Source of the DNA: Alphaproteobacteria bacterium
GTDB lineage: Bacteria; Pseudomonadota; Alphaproteobacteria; Rs-D84; CACZYB01
Direction: 5' to 3'
Length of the DNA: 64,000 bases
NCBI GenBank assembly: GCA_051885355.1
Contig: JBJEXC010000001.1
Coordinates: 14,359-78,358 of the forward strand
Numbering within the stretch: position 1 is the stretch's first letter; every line of letters begins with the position of its first letter. Positions 30,175 to 37,936 of the stretch are shown here, piece by piece. The position numbers and the translations under genes were made by a program. The notes under the pieces are model-generated. The model had not been told where the DNA came from. It was given only the letters and a program-made list of their open reading frames with translations, and made no database searches.

Positions 30175-31605
30175 TTATTCTGATGCAGGAACGTCAATTT
30201 TTTGAATATCAATCAAATTTGCAAATTGAGAGAAGTTTTTATCAAGAACAGCAAACTGAATATTTATTTTGTCTTTGTTGCTATTAAATTTTGAAAGTTC
30301 CTTTTCCGAAATATTTTTAATAGATGGAAGATTTACAGTCAAAGGATTAACATGCACATTATCCTTTATAATTTCATAATGTAAATGAGGTCCAGTTGAA
30401 AGTCCAGTAGAACCCACATAACCAATTATTTGTCCTTGATTTACTTGCGTTCCAACATTAACACCAGATCTGAAAGCGCTCATATGTCCGTATGCTGTTG
30501 AATAAGTTCCATTGTGTTTGATTTTCACATAATTTCCGTAACCATTTTTCCAACCACGGAAAACAACTTTACCGCTTCCCGCAGCAGGAATAGGAGTTCC
30601 AGTAGGTGCAGCAAAATCAATACCTTGATGTGCACGAGAATATCCAAGAACAGGGTGCTTTCTTTTTCCATATTTTGATGAAATTCTTGCTCCATTTATA
30701 GGTGATTTTTTAAGTGTTTTTGATGCACTTTTTCCAGTTTCATCATAGTATGCAACTCGCCCATCTCCATTTTCATATCTGTAAAGTTTGAACTCTTTAT
30801 GCCTTGAATTAAGGTAAAGTGAGGCAAAAATCACTTCTCCATTACCAATATAATCCCCTCTGTCAGAATAAAGATTTTCATACATAATTTGGAATTTATC
30901 TCCAGGGTAAATATCGCGTTCAAAGTCAACATCAAAAGAAAATACTTCGTAAAATTTATCAATAATATTGTATGGAATTCCCTGTGCAAGAGCAGATTCA
31001 ATAAGCCCAGTTCCCTTTGCAATTTCACCCTCTTTTCTTATAAGTTCGGATGTTATATCAGATTTTTCTTCCATAGTTCTGTAACCATCATTAACCTTTT
31101 GCGCACGAACCTTGTATATAGGACTTTTTATAATTTCAAGGGAGTAAAGTTCCGCCTTTTGCTTTCCATCAGCAGTATTAATAGGCTTTACCTTTACAAC
31201 TAACTTATCATTGTTTGGTTTAAGTTCCGAAGTTTTACAAATTGGGTCAATAGACTTACTTATCTCTAAAATATCACTGTAAGGAACACCAATAGGTGAA
31301 AGAAGCGAAGTAATAGAATCACCACTTTTCACCTCAAGTGTGTATTCCTTTAACCCACTAAACATATCATCAAAAAAGTTGTTTAAACGTTTTGGAATAG
31401 TATGTGAAGAATTACCAATAATTTCACTTTCCATAGGCATCAAAGGGAAATCAACCTCCTTTACCGGAGCAATATTACTTCCTGATTGTTTTGATATAAT
31501 AAAGAAAAATAAAATACACAAAGAAAAACTTACCAAAAAAACCTGAAAATGAGGCTTTTTTATGTATTTTTTTATATTCTTATGTGCATTCTTAAACTTA
31601 GTCAT
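30175..31605 (-). CDS. M23-family metallopeptidase (LytM/NlpD-like peptidoglycan endopeptidase)
   Basis: HxxxD (HQGIDFAAPTGTPI) and HxH (GPHLHYEI) zinc motifs. N-terminal TM anchor. Confidence 0.85.
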   Translation of the reverse strand: MTKFKNAHKNIKKYIKKPHFQVFLVSFSLCILFFFIISKQSGSNIAPVKEVDFPLMPMESEIIGNSSHTIPKRLNNFFDDMFSGLKEYTLEVKSGDSITSLLSPIGVPYSDILEISKSIDPICKTSELKPNNDKLVVKVKPINTADGKQKAELYSLEIIKSPIYKVRAQKVNDGYRTMEEKSDITSELIRKEGEIAKGTGLIESALAQGIPYNIIDKFYEVFSFDVDFERDIYPGDKFQIMYENLYSDRGDYIGNGEVIFASLYLNSRHKEFKLYRYENGDGRVAYYDETGKSASKTLKKSPINGARISSKYGKRKHPVLGYSRAHQGIDFAAPTGTPIPAAGSGKVVFRGWKNGYGNYVKIKHNGTYSTAYGHMSAFRSGVNVGTQVNQGQIIGYVGSTGLSTGPHLHYEIIKDNVHVNPLTVNLPSIKNISEKELSKFNSNKDKINIQFAVLDKNFSQFANLIDIQKIDVPASE

Positions 31606-31658
31606 ACTAATATTTTATCATAAGTCAAAATAAAAAGCAAATATAAATATTTTTATTC

Positions 31659-32048
31659 CTAAATAGATTGTATTTTTGAAATAACAGAGGTAATTCCCAC
31701 TTGCCTTTGTGCGGATAAATGGCTGGAAAGTCCCATTTTATCAAAAATTTCCATAGCATTTATAGCTTTTATTTCTGAGATAGTTTTTTCATTAAATATA
31801 ACAGTTAATATGTAAAGAAGTCCCTTTACAATCAAGGCATCACTATCAAAAGCAAACCTGTATTTACCATTGTCATCAACCTTGTAATTCCACCATACTG
31901 AGGAAGAACAACCATAAATCCTGCATTCATCAGTTTTATGCTTTGCTTCAAATGGAGCAAGTTCACGCCCCAATTCAATAAGATAGGAGTATTTATCCTC
32001 CCACTCTTCCATCATATTAAAATTAGAAATCAAATCTTCAACTGTCAT
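31659..32048 (-). CDS. sufE: SufE-like sulfur acceptor protein
   Basis: Conserved Cys motif IYGCSSSVWW (cf. GCQSQVW); ~130 aa. Confidence 0.7.
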   Translation of the reverse strand: MTVEDLISNFNMMEEWEDKYSYLIELGRELAPFEAKHKTDECRIYGCSSSVWWNYKVDDNGKYRFAFDSDALIVKGLLYILTVIFNEKTISEIKAINAMEIFDKMGLSSHLSAQRQVGITSVISKIQSI

Positions 32049-32090
32049 TTTGTTTGCCTTTATTTTAAAATTATTATATAATATAGAAAA

Positions 32091-33086
32091 TTGAAAACAA
32101 GGGAAAAAATGAAACTGAGTGAACCAAAATATTTTTACAAAAAATGGGGAATATCTACAATTTTGTTCCCTCTTTCTTTGCTATATAAATTTGGGGATAA
32201 ACTAAATCAAATTTTCACAATTCCATATAAATCAAGGGCAAAAGTAATTTGTGTTGGAAACATTGTTTTAGGAGGTGTCGGCAAAACACCAATAGTCATT
32301 GAAATAATAAATCATCTTTTAAAACAAAATATAAGGGTAGGGGTTATATCCCGCGGATATGGTGGCACAATTTCCTCAAATACACCTGTAATTGTTGATA
32401 CAAAAAAATATACAGGTTCCGAGATTGGGGACGAACCATACCTTATCGCATCAAAATTTAAAAATGTTCCAGTTTGCGTTTGTAAAAATAGAGCAACTTC
32501 TGCAAAGTTTTTAGAGGACAAAGTTGATGTAATAATTATGGACGACGGATTCCAAAATTATAAATTAAAAAAGGATATAAAGATTGCTGTCTTTGATGGA
32601 ATTGATGCAATTGGTAATGGATATATCTTTCCCGCTGGTCCGTTAAGACAATCTTTGAAATCAGGATTAAAAGGTGTAAATCTTGCAATAATTATGCGGG
32701 CAAAAAATTCCCCACTTGAAAATAAAATCAAAACATTTAAAATTCCAGTTATAAATGGGAAAACCGTTCCAACAAATACAATTTGCGACTATATTGGGCG
32801 TGAAGTTATTGCCTTTGCCGGTATTGGCAAACCTCAAAAATTTTATAAAACCTTAACTGATAATAAAATAAAAATTGTTGATAAAATAGATTTCCCAGAT
32901 CATTATGCCTATAGTGATAAAGATATTGAAATGTTAAAGCAATTATCAAAGGTAAAAAAATTACCAATACTTACAACAATGAAAGATTATGTAAAGATTC
33001 CAAATAATGATAAAAAAAATTTTACCCCTATTGATATAGAGGTAAAATTCGATAACGAAAAAGTTTTATTTAAAATTTTATCTTGA
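32091..33086 (+). CDS. lpxK: Tetraacyldisaccharide 4'-kinase
   Basis: P-loop VGNIVLGGVGKTP characteristic of LpxK; 331 aa. Confidence 0.85.
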   Translation: MKTREKMKLSEPKYFYKKWGISTILFPLSLLYKFGDKLNQIFTIPYKSRAKVICVGNIVLGGVGKTPIVIEIINHLLKQNIRVGVISRGYGGTISSNTPVIVDTKKYTGSEIGDEPYLIASKFKNVPVCVCKNRATSAKFLEDKVDVIIMDDGFQNYKLKKDIKIAVFDGIDAIGNGYIFPAGPLRQSLKSGLKGVNLAIIMRAKNSPLENKIKTFKIPVINGKTVPTNTICDYIGREVIAFAGIGKPQKFYKTLTDNKIKIVDKIDFPDHYAYSDKDIEMLKQLSKVKKLPILTTMKDYVKIPNNDKKNFTPIDIEVKFDNEKVLFKILS

Positions 33087-33299
33087 TAAAGTATTTGACA
33101 TTTCTGCTATTTTATTAAAAGTAGCAGTTTCTTTTTCCATCATTTCTTCGTAACTATGACCATTCTTTGTATCATATTTTTTTGCTTCAAAACATTTCAT
33201 ACAATTTGATTTTGGAACAATACTGCCACAGTCTTTGTATAAATGTGGACATTCCAATCTAAAATCTATAAATTTTTTCATATTTTCAAGTCTTATCAT
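33078..33299 (-). CDS. Small Cys4 zinc-ribbon-like protein (paralog 1)
   Basis: 73 aa. Motif CP-x6-CGS-x2-P-x-S-x-C-x-KCF-x4-Y-x2-KNG-x-S shared with the neighbouring ORF. Confidence 0.5.
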   Translation of the reverse strand: MIRLENMKKFIDFRLECPHLYKDCGSIVPKSNCMKCFEAKKYDTKNGHSYEEMMEKETATFNKIAEMSNTLSR

Positions 33300-33329
33300 T
33301 TTTGCTTCCTTTCAGTTTGTTATCAACAG

Positions 33330-33698
33330 TTATCTTGAAAATTCCTTTGAGCAATATGCACATTTTTCCCAGTAATCTTTGTATTTACAAGTTGCAGATT
33401 CTGTTCTAAATCTACATTCATCTGCTAAATCTCTATTGTGATTTTCACGAATGTTATAATATGAACTATTTTCCATTTCCATAGGTGAGTTATAGGAAAA
33501 TTCTTTACTACTTCTTCCATTTTTTATATTGTATCTTCCTTCCGCAAAACATTTTTTACAATATGAAGGAGGATTTCTTGAACCACATTCATTATTTTTG
33601 TATGGGCAATTATTTTTAAATTTAAAATAACTTTCCTCCTTGTAAATATTTCTACAAATTTTATTAATTTCATCCTCATTTAAAACTTCATTTGTCAT
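33330..33698 (-). CDS. Small Cys-rich zinc-ribbon-like protein (paralog 2, with extra C-terminal Cys cluster)
   Basis: RBS AAGGAG 7 nt upstream of ATG at 33698 (the track's longer start at 33764 would overlap tyrS). Shares the CP...CGS..P.S.C.KCF....Y..KNG.S block with paralog 1. Additional CxxC-like CAYC near the C-terminus. Confidence 0.55.
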   Translation of the reverse strand: MTNEVLNEDEINKICRNIYKEESYFKFKNNCPYKNNECGSRNPPSYCKKCFAEGRYNIKNGRSSKEFSYNSPMEMENSSYYNIRENHNRDLADECRFRTESATCKYKDYWEKCAYCSKEFSR

Positions 33699-33708
33699 AT
33701 TTTTCTCC

Positions 33709-34941
33709 TTAAACCCTAAGTATAGCCTTATTTTTCTTTCCAACAGAAAGCAAAATTTTGCCATCTTTTGCCATATCTTTTGTAATTACAAATTTATCAT
33801 CAGAAATTTTTTCATCATTCACAGATACAGCACCAGAAACAATCATACGCCTTGCATCACTTTTTGATTTACAAAGTGATACAGATACAAGCCCATCTAA
33901 AATATTTACATCACCGGCAAAGTCAAAGGTAGGAAGTCCCGCACCCATACCGCCATTTTCAAATGTTTCTTTTGCAGTTTTTTCTGCATTTAATGCTTCC
34001 TCTTCACCACGACAGATTTTTGTCGCCTCAAATGCAAGAATCTTTTTTGCCTCATTTATTTCTGCCCCTTGAAGATGCTCCAACTTCTCTATCTCACTAA
34101 TTGGAAGTTCTGTAAATATGCGAAGAAGTTTAGGCACATCTCTGTCATCAACATTGCGCCAGAATTGATAATACTCATACGAGCCAAGTTTATCCTCGTT
34201 AAGCCATACTGCATTTCCCATAGATTTTCCAAACTTTACCCCATTTGCATCAGTCAAAAGAGGTGCAGTCAATGCGAAAAGTTCCACTCCAAGTCTTCGT
34301 CCTAAATCAACACCCGAAACAATATTTCCCCATTGGTCCGCACCACCAAATTGTAAAATTGCACCATAGCGTTTGTTAATTTCCACAAAATCATACGCCT
34401 GAAAAAGCGAATAATTAAATTCCAAAAATGATAAAGGTTGCTCTCTATCCAAACGAAGTTTCACACTTTCGCGTTTAAGCATTTCATTAACAGAAAAATA
34501 ACGACCATATCGTGTTAAGAAATCTATATAAGATATATCCTTAAACCAATCGTAATTATTAACCATAATCGCATCGGTTTTTCCATCTCCAAAATTAAAA
34601 AATTTTTCCATAGATTTCTTAATACCTTGGATATTTTTTTGAAAAACCTCCTCCGTCATTATAGGGCGTTCACTTGATCTTCCCGAAGGATCACCAATTC
34701 TTCCAGTCGCCCCACCAACAAGGGCAATAGGCTTATTCCCTGTTTTTTGAAACAGTCTAAGTAAAGTAAGTGAAACCAAGTTTCCAATATGAAGACTGTC
34801 AGCAGTAGGATCACAACCCAAATATCCAACAACAGGATTTTTTTCACAAAGTTTTTTATCCAATCCTTCCAAATCACTTGCTTGATTAAAAAGTCCGCGT
34901 TCAATAATAATATTTAAAAAATCTGATTTTACTTTATACAT
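33709..34941 (-). CDS. tyrS: Tyrosine--tRNA ligase
   Basis: HIGH (SLHIGN) and KMSKS-like (KFGKS) motifs; C-terminal S4 domain; 410 aa. Confidence 0.95.
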   Translation of the reverse strand: MYKVKSDFLNIIIERGLFNQASDLEGLDKKLCEKNPVVGYLGCDPTADSLHIGNLVSLTLLRLFQKTGNKPIALVGGATGRIGDPSGRSSERPIMTEEVFQKNIQGIKKSMEKFFNFGDGKTDAIMVNNYDWFKDISYIDFLTRYGRYFSVNEMLKRESVKLRLDREQPLSFLEFNYSLFQAYDFVEINKRYGAILQFGGADQWGNIVSGVDLGRRLGVELFALTAPLLTDANGVKFGKSMGNAVWLNEDKLGSYEYYQFWRNVDDRDVPKLLRIFTELPISEIEKLEHLQGAEINEAKKILAFEATKICRGEEEALNAEKTAKETFENGGMGAGLPTFDFAGDVNILDGLVSVSLCKSKSDARRMIVSGAVSVNDEKISDDKFVITKDMAKDGKILLSVGKKNKAILRV

Positions 34942-35051
34942 TTTTTTCCTCTTATAATTAATAAAAAAATTTTACAAAATAAAAGTTACAAAGACAAGGA
35001 AATAATTTTTCTTGATAAAAGAGAAAAATCATATTATCATAAAAAATAGAT

Positions 35052-35410
35052 TTGCATTTCACTAATGCAAATTTAGTGTCCAGAGATGGATGCGGGACTG
35101 TCGAAAGTCCAATGAACACGCGCTACATATTCTCTTTGTGTAGTGAAAAGTGCTTCCCCAAGGAGTTGGGGAGTCTTTGGCGTATGTCCAGAGAGGTGTT
35201 CTCATCTCTTAAAGGCCAAAGAAGTCATCTCGTGTTTATGATTTTCGAACTCCCCGCCATTTCAAAGATACGAAATTGCAGACAATATTTTTGTGCTCAT
35301 AAAAGAGCAAAAGTATTCCTGCAAATATATTTTAATTGTGAATGGGAGGAAGTTTTTTTGTTCATGGTCTTCGCTTCCTCCCTCCCGATTAAAAAAAAGT
35401 ATTATGAAAG
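35052..35410 (+). ncRNA. GC-rich structured element of unknown identity (candidate ncRNA or leader); strand uncertain
   Basis: ~48% GC island in a ~30% GC genome. Multiple perfect hairpins (TTTGCAT/ATGCAAA; GGACU-GUCGAA-AGUCC; CCCCA-AGGAGU-UGGGG; UCUUUGGC...GCCAAAGA; GGGAGGAAG...CUUCCUCCC). The 224-aa ORF the track draws across it has no protein-like features. Confidence 0.3.
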
Positions 35411-35420
35411 GAGAAACAAT

Positions 35421-35726
35421 ATGAAAAGATTTTTTTTAATATCAACAATACCAATATTTCTGGTTTTATTTGAATATGATGCATTCCCATCATCATTGGA
35501 TACAGCCCTACAAAAATACTGCATTCCAAAAGATGCAACTTATTGCTCCAGTAGTTTTAGGGCAAGATATAATATTGCAAATGATAGATGTGATTGCGCG
35601 AACAATACTTACCTAGAATATGATGCTTCAAAAAGACATTGCAAAATAAAATGTCCAGCAGGAAGTTATCCAGCCATAATACCATCATGTTCGGCTGGGT
35701 CAGTAAAATTTTTAATTGCACAATAA
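35421..35726 (+). CDS. Small secreted Cys-rich protein with ephrin-receptor/TNFR-like Cys repeat
   Basis: Strong RBS AAAGGAG. Signal peptide MKRFFLISTIPIFLVLF. CDCANNTYLEYDASKRHCKIKCPAGSY repeat (CxC..NTY...C..CP.G.Y). Confidence 0.6.
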   Translation: MKRFFLISTIPIFLVLFEYDAFPSSLDTALQKYCIPKDATYCSSSFRARYNIANDRCDCANNTYLEYDASKRHCKIKCPAGSYPAIIPSCSAGSVKFLIAQ

Positions 35727-35746
35727 ATATAAATAAGGAGTGGAAA

Positions 35747-37069
35747 ATGAAAAATAAAACAAAAATATTAATTGCTTCAAGTATATTGGGGGGAATGTCA
35801 ATTCCAGTATATTCACAAATATATATGTGTAAAACATGCCCAGCAAATACTTATTCAAACGGAAGTCAATGTGTCCCATGCGGGCAATACCAATATTCAA
35901 ATGCAGGTTCTTCATCTTGCACAGATTTAAAATATCAGATAGAAAGCACGGTTGCAAGTTTAACAAAGGGAGGACAACAAACAGAAGGAACTTTAACCCC
36001 AGGATATTATGTAGTAATCCTTGGTGGTGGTAATGGTGGAGGAAGTCGAGACAACAAGTATATAGAGAACAATAGTGGATTACTTTCCTGGAATATTAAC
36101 AGCAATTTTAATATATTTAATGATAAATTTATGAAATTAAGTTGTGAAGAAGATGCAAGCGATGATGATTATTATTCATATACTAATATATTTCCAAAAA
36201 ATAAATATACTGTTCCTTATTCCAAAGCAGGTTTAGGGGCACAAATGCAATATGTTATAAAAGTTGATACAAATACCCCATATATTCTTGCATCTGGTGA
36301 AGATGGAAAAAGTGATGGCTCTGCATGTGGTGGTGGCGGTGGTTCCTGGTTAAAACTTGGTAATACCTATTATGTCGCTGGTGGCGGTGGAGGTGGTGTT
36401 AATATACATAACTATTCTAGGTATAGGAGTCCGGAAGGTGGTGCTGGTGGTGGTATCGGTGCCGGCGGTGGCGGTGGTGACCATTATAAAGGTTTAGTCG
36501 GTGCTGCAGGTGGAGCAAGTGGACATTACTCTGGTGGTGCTGGTGGTAGAGGTGATAGAGCAGGTGGAGTAGGTTCCGGTCCACAAGGAGGTCGAGGTGG
36601 TAATGTTGATAGAACAGCATCTTGTCATACAGCAGAAATTGAAGTTGCAAGTGGAAATCCTTATGGAGGTCTTGGTGGAGTAACATCAAGAGATAGTAAT
36701 TGTTCATCAACTATGTCAAAAATTAGTTTTAAATATCCAACATGTTCCAACTATGCTTCCTATAACAAAAATCTACCTGTAGAACGTACCGAAGAGTATG
36801 ATTGCGATAGTGATAATAATTGTTATTATAAATATTGTAATACATCATATTTTGGAACAGAAGTTTGTTCATTTAATGAGTATAGAGAGTATGACGACGA
36901 TGATGATATTGTTGCTAGATATTTAGCAAATTTATTCATTGCCTCTGAAGATACTTTCAGTAATTATATAAGAAATGGAGAAGATGGTAAAACATCACAT
37001 ACTTCTAATACAAATAAATTTAATAATCAATTGTGTAGGAACTGTGCAAAGATATTTAAAATAAAATAA
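35747..37069 (+). CDS. Secreted protein: N-terminal ephrin-receptor-like Cys repeat + long Gly-rich blocks + Cys/acidic C-terminal region
   Basis: RBS AAGGAG. Signal peptide. CKTCPANTYSNGSQCVPCGQYQYSNAGSSSC (paralogous to the previous gene). Gly-rich blocks (GYYVVILGGGNGGG, TYYVAGGGGGGV, GGAGGGIGAGGGGGD...GGAGGRGDRAGG). DDDDD stretch. Terminator follows. Confidence 0.7.
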   Translation: MKNKTKILIASSILGGMSIPVYSQIYMCKTCPANTYSNGSQCVPCGQYQYSNAGSSSCTDLKYQIESTVASLTKGGQQTEGTLTPGYYVVILGGGNGGGSRDNKYIENNSGLLSWNINSNFNIFNDKFMKLSCEEDASDDDYYSYTNIFPKNKYTVPYSKAGLGAQMQYVIKVDTNTPYILASGEDGKSDGSACGGGGGSWLKLGNTYYVAGGGGGGVNIHNYSRYRSPEGGAGGGIGAGGGGGDHYKGLVGAAGGASGHYSGGAGGRGDRAGGVGSGPQGGRGGNVDRTASCHTAEIEVASGNPYGGLGGVTSRDSNCSSTMSKISFKYPTCSNYASYNKNLPVERTEEYDCDSDNNCYYKYCNTSYFGTEVCSFNEYREYDDDDDIVARYLANLFIASEDTFSNYIRNGEDGKTSHTSNTNKFNNQLCRNCAKIFKIK

Positions 37070-37072
37070 AAA

Positions 37073-37110
37073 ATTCCCCCAGCCTTAAAACTGGGGGATA
37101 ATTTTTTTAT
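37073..37110. terminator. Bidirectional rho-independent terminator
   Basis: CCCCCAG-CCTTAAAA-CTGGGGG flanked by A- and T-runs, between convergent genes. Confidence 0.7.
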
Positions 37111-37118
37111 ATAAAAAG

Positions 37119-37442
37119 TTACATAGGTAAATCAACACCCTCTGGAAGTTGAAGCCCGCTTGTTGCCTCTTCCATAGTAGCAGTAGAAATCTCATCTGCT
37201 TGTTCCTTTGCATTATTCATTGCAGCAACAACCAAATCTTCCAATGTTTCTTTTTCACTTTCCTTTAACAAAGATGAATCAATTTCACATTTTTTAACAT
37301 CTTTTGTGCAAGTCATTGTTATTTTTACAAGCCCACCACCAGCATTGCCAACAACTTCTTGTTTTGCAAGTTCAGCCTGTGCAATTTTAACCTTGTTTTG
37401 CATTGCTTGTGCTTGTGCAACTAAATCATTTAAATTAACCAT
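37119..37442 (-). CDS. ybaB: Nucleoid-associated protein YbaB/EbfC
   Basis: Typical 107-aa YbaB sequence (MQNKV...GGGLVKITMTC...); immediately downstream of dnaX as in most bacteria. Confidence 0.9.
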   Translation of the reverse strand: MVNLNDLVAQAQAMQNKVKIAQAELAKQEVVGNAGGGLVKITMTCTKDVKKCEIDSSLLKESEKETLEDLVVAAMNNAKEQADEISTATMEEATSGLQLPEGVDLPM

Positions 37443-37483
37443 ATCATATCTCCTTTTTTTATGTTAATAATGTATAAATAATA

Positions 37484-37936
37484 CTATATTTCTTCAATCT
37501 TTGCAACATAAGAATTTGTAAAACTATGCAAAAGTTCTTTAAGTATAGGATTATTAGAAATTTCTTTAAGTTGTGCTTCAAATATATCGCGTTTTTTCTT
37601 GTAAATAGTATCCTCGCCAACTTCATTCGAATGTTCCACCTTTATATTATACTTCGCATTTGCAAAAAAAGTATTAAGGTTTTTAAGAAGTTCCCTCGGA
37701 TACCCAGTATCAAAATTTATAAATAATACCCCTTTATCAAAGGATACAAAGCGAACATATCTTTCTACATCTTGGGAAAGAAGGTAGTTTTTCTTTTCCT
37801 TTAAAATATCAACAATACTTTCAATGGAAAGAATTGATACATCAGTATTGCTACTTTCTTCTTCCTCAAACAAAGATGAAGAATTTGCTATGCTAGATAT
37901 TTTTTTTTTGAACTTCGGTTGAAGTCTGATTTTCAA
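37484..37936 (-). CDS. dnaX: DnaX C-terminal (tau-specific) segment, in a different frame from the dnaX N-terminal ORF
   Basis: Overlaps the 3' end of the dnaX ORF across an A10 run. Deleting one A fuses the frames seamlessly (…VQKKISSIANSS…). Confidence 0.55.
   Translation of the reverse strand: MKIRLQPKFKKKISSIANSSSLFEEEESSNTDVSILSIESIVDILKEKKNYLLSQDVERYVRFVSFDKGVLFINFDTGYPRELLKNLNTFFANAKYNIKVEHSNEVGEDTIYKKKRDIFEAQLKEISNNPILKELLHSFTNSYVAKIEEI

Noticed and set aside
35052-35410. Identification of the GC-rich element as RNase P RNA, tmRNA or rRNA fragment
   Set aside because: The GAAAGUCC present is locked in a local hairpin and there is no P4 partner (CCGGCUUA-like) or GGGUGAAA…ACAGAA core. 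There is no tmRNA tag ORF (…AA-stop), no T-arm/acceptor/CCA, and no 5' GGGGCUGAUUCUGGAUUCGAC. Only a short CAGAGATGGA resemblance to 16S. Left as unknown.
35052-35726. 224-aa ORF drawn through the GC-rich element into the Cys-rich gene
   Set aside because: The N-terminal 120 aa have no protein-like composition or RBS. The real CDS starts at 35421 with a strong AAAGGAG RBS and signal peptide. The upstream part is better explained as structured RNA or a non-coding element.
35639-35746. Track ORF start at 35639 extending the Gly-rich protein N-terminally
   Set aside because: The upstream extension overlaps the preceding gene and lacks an RBS. MKNKTKIL at 35747 has an AAGGAG RBS and a canonical signal peptide.
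36417-36710. 97-aa His/Leu/Gln-rich antisense ORF inside the Gly-rich gene
   Set aside because: Produced by reading GGT/GGC repeats on the opposite strand. Composition artefact.
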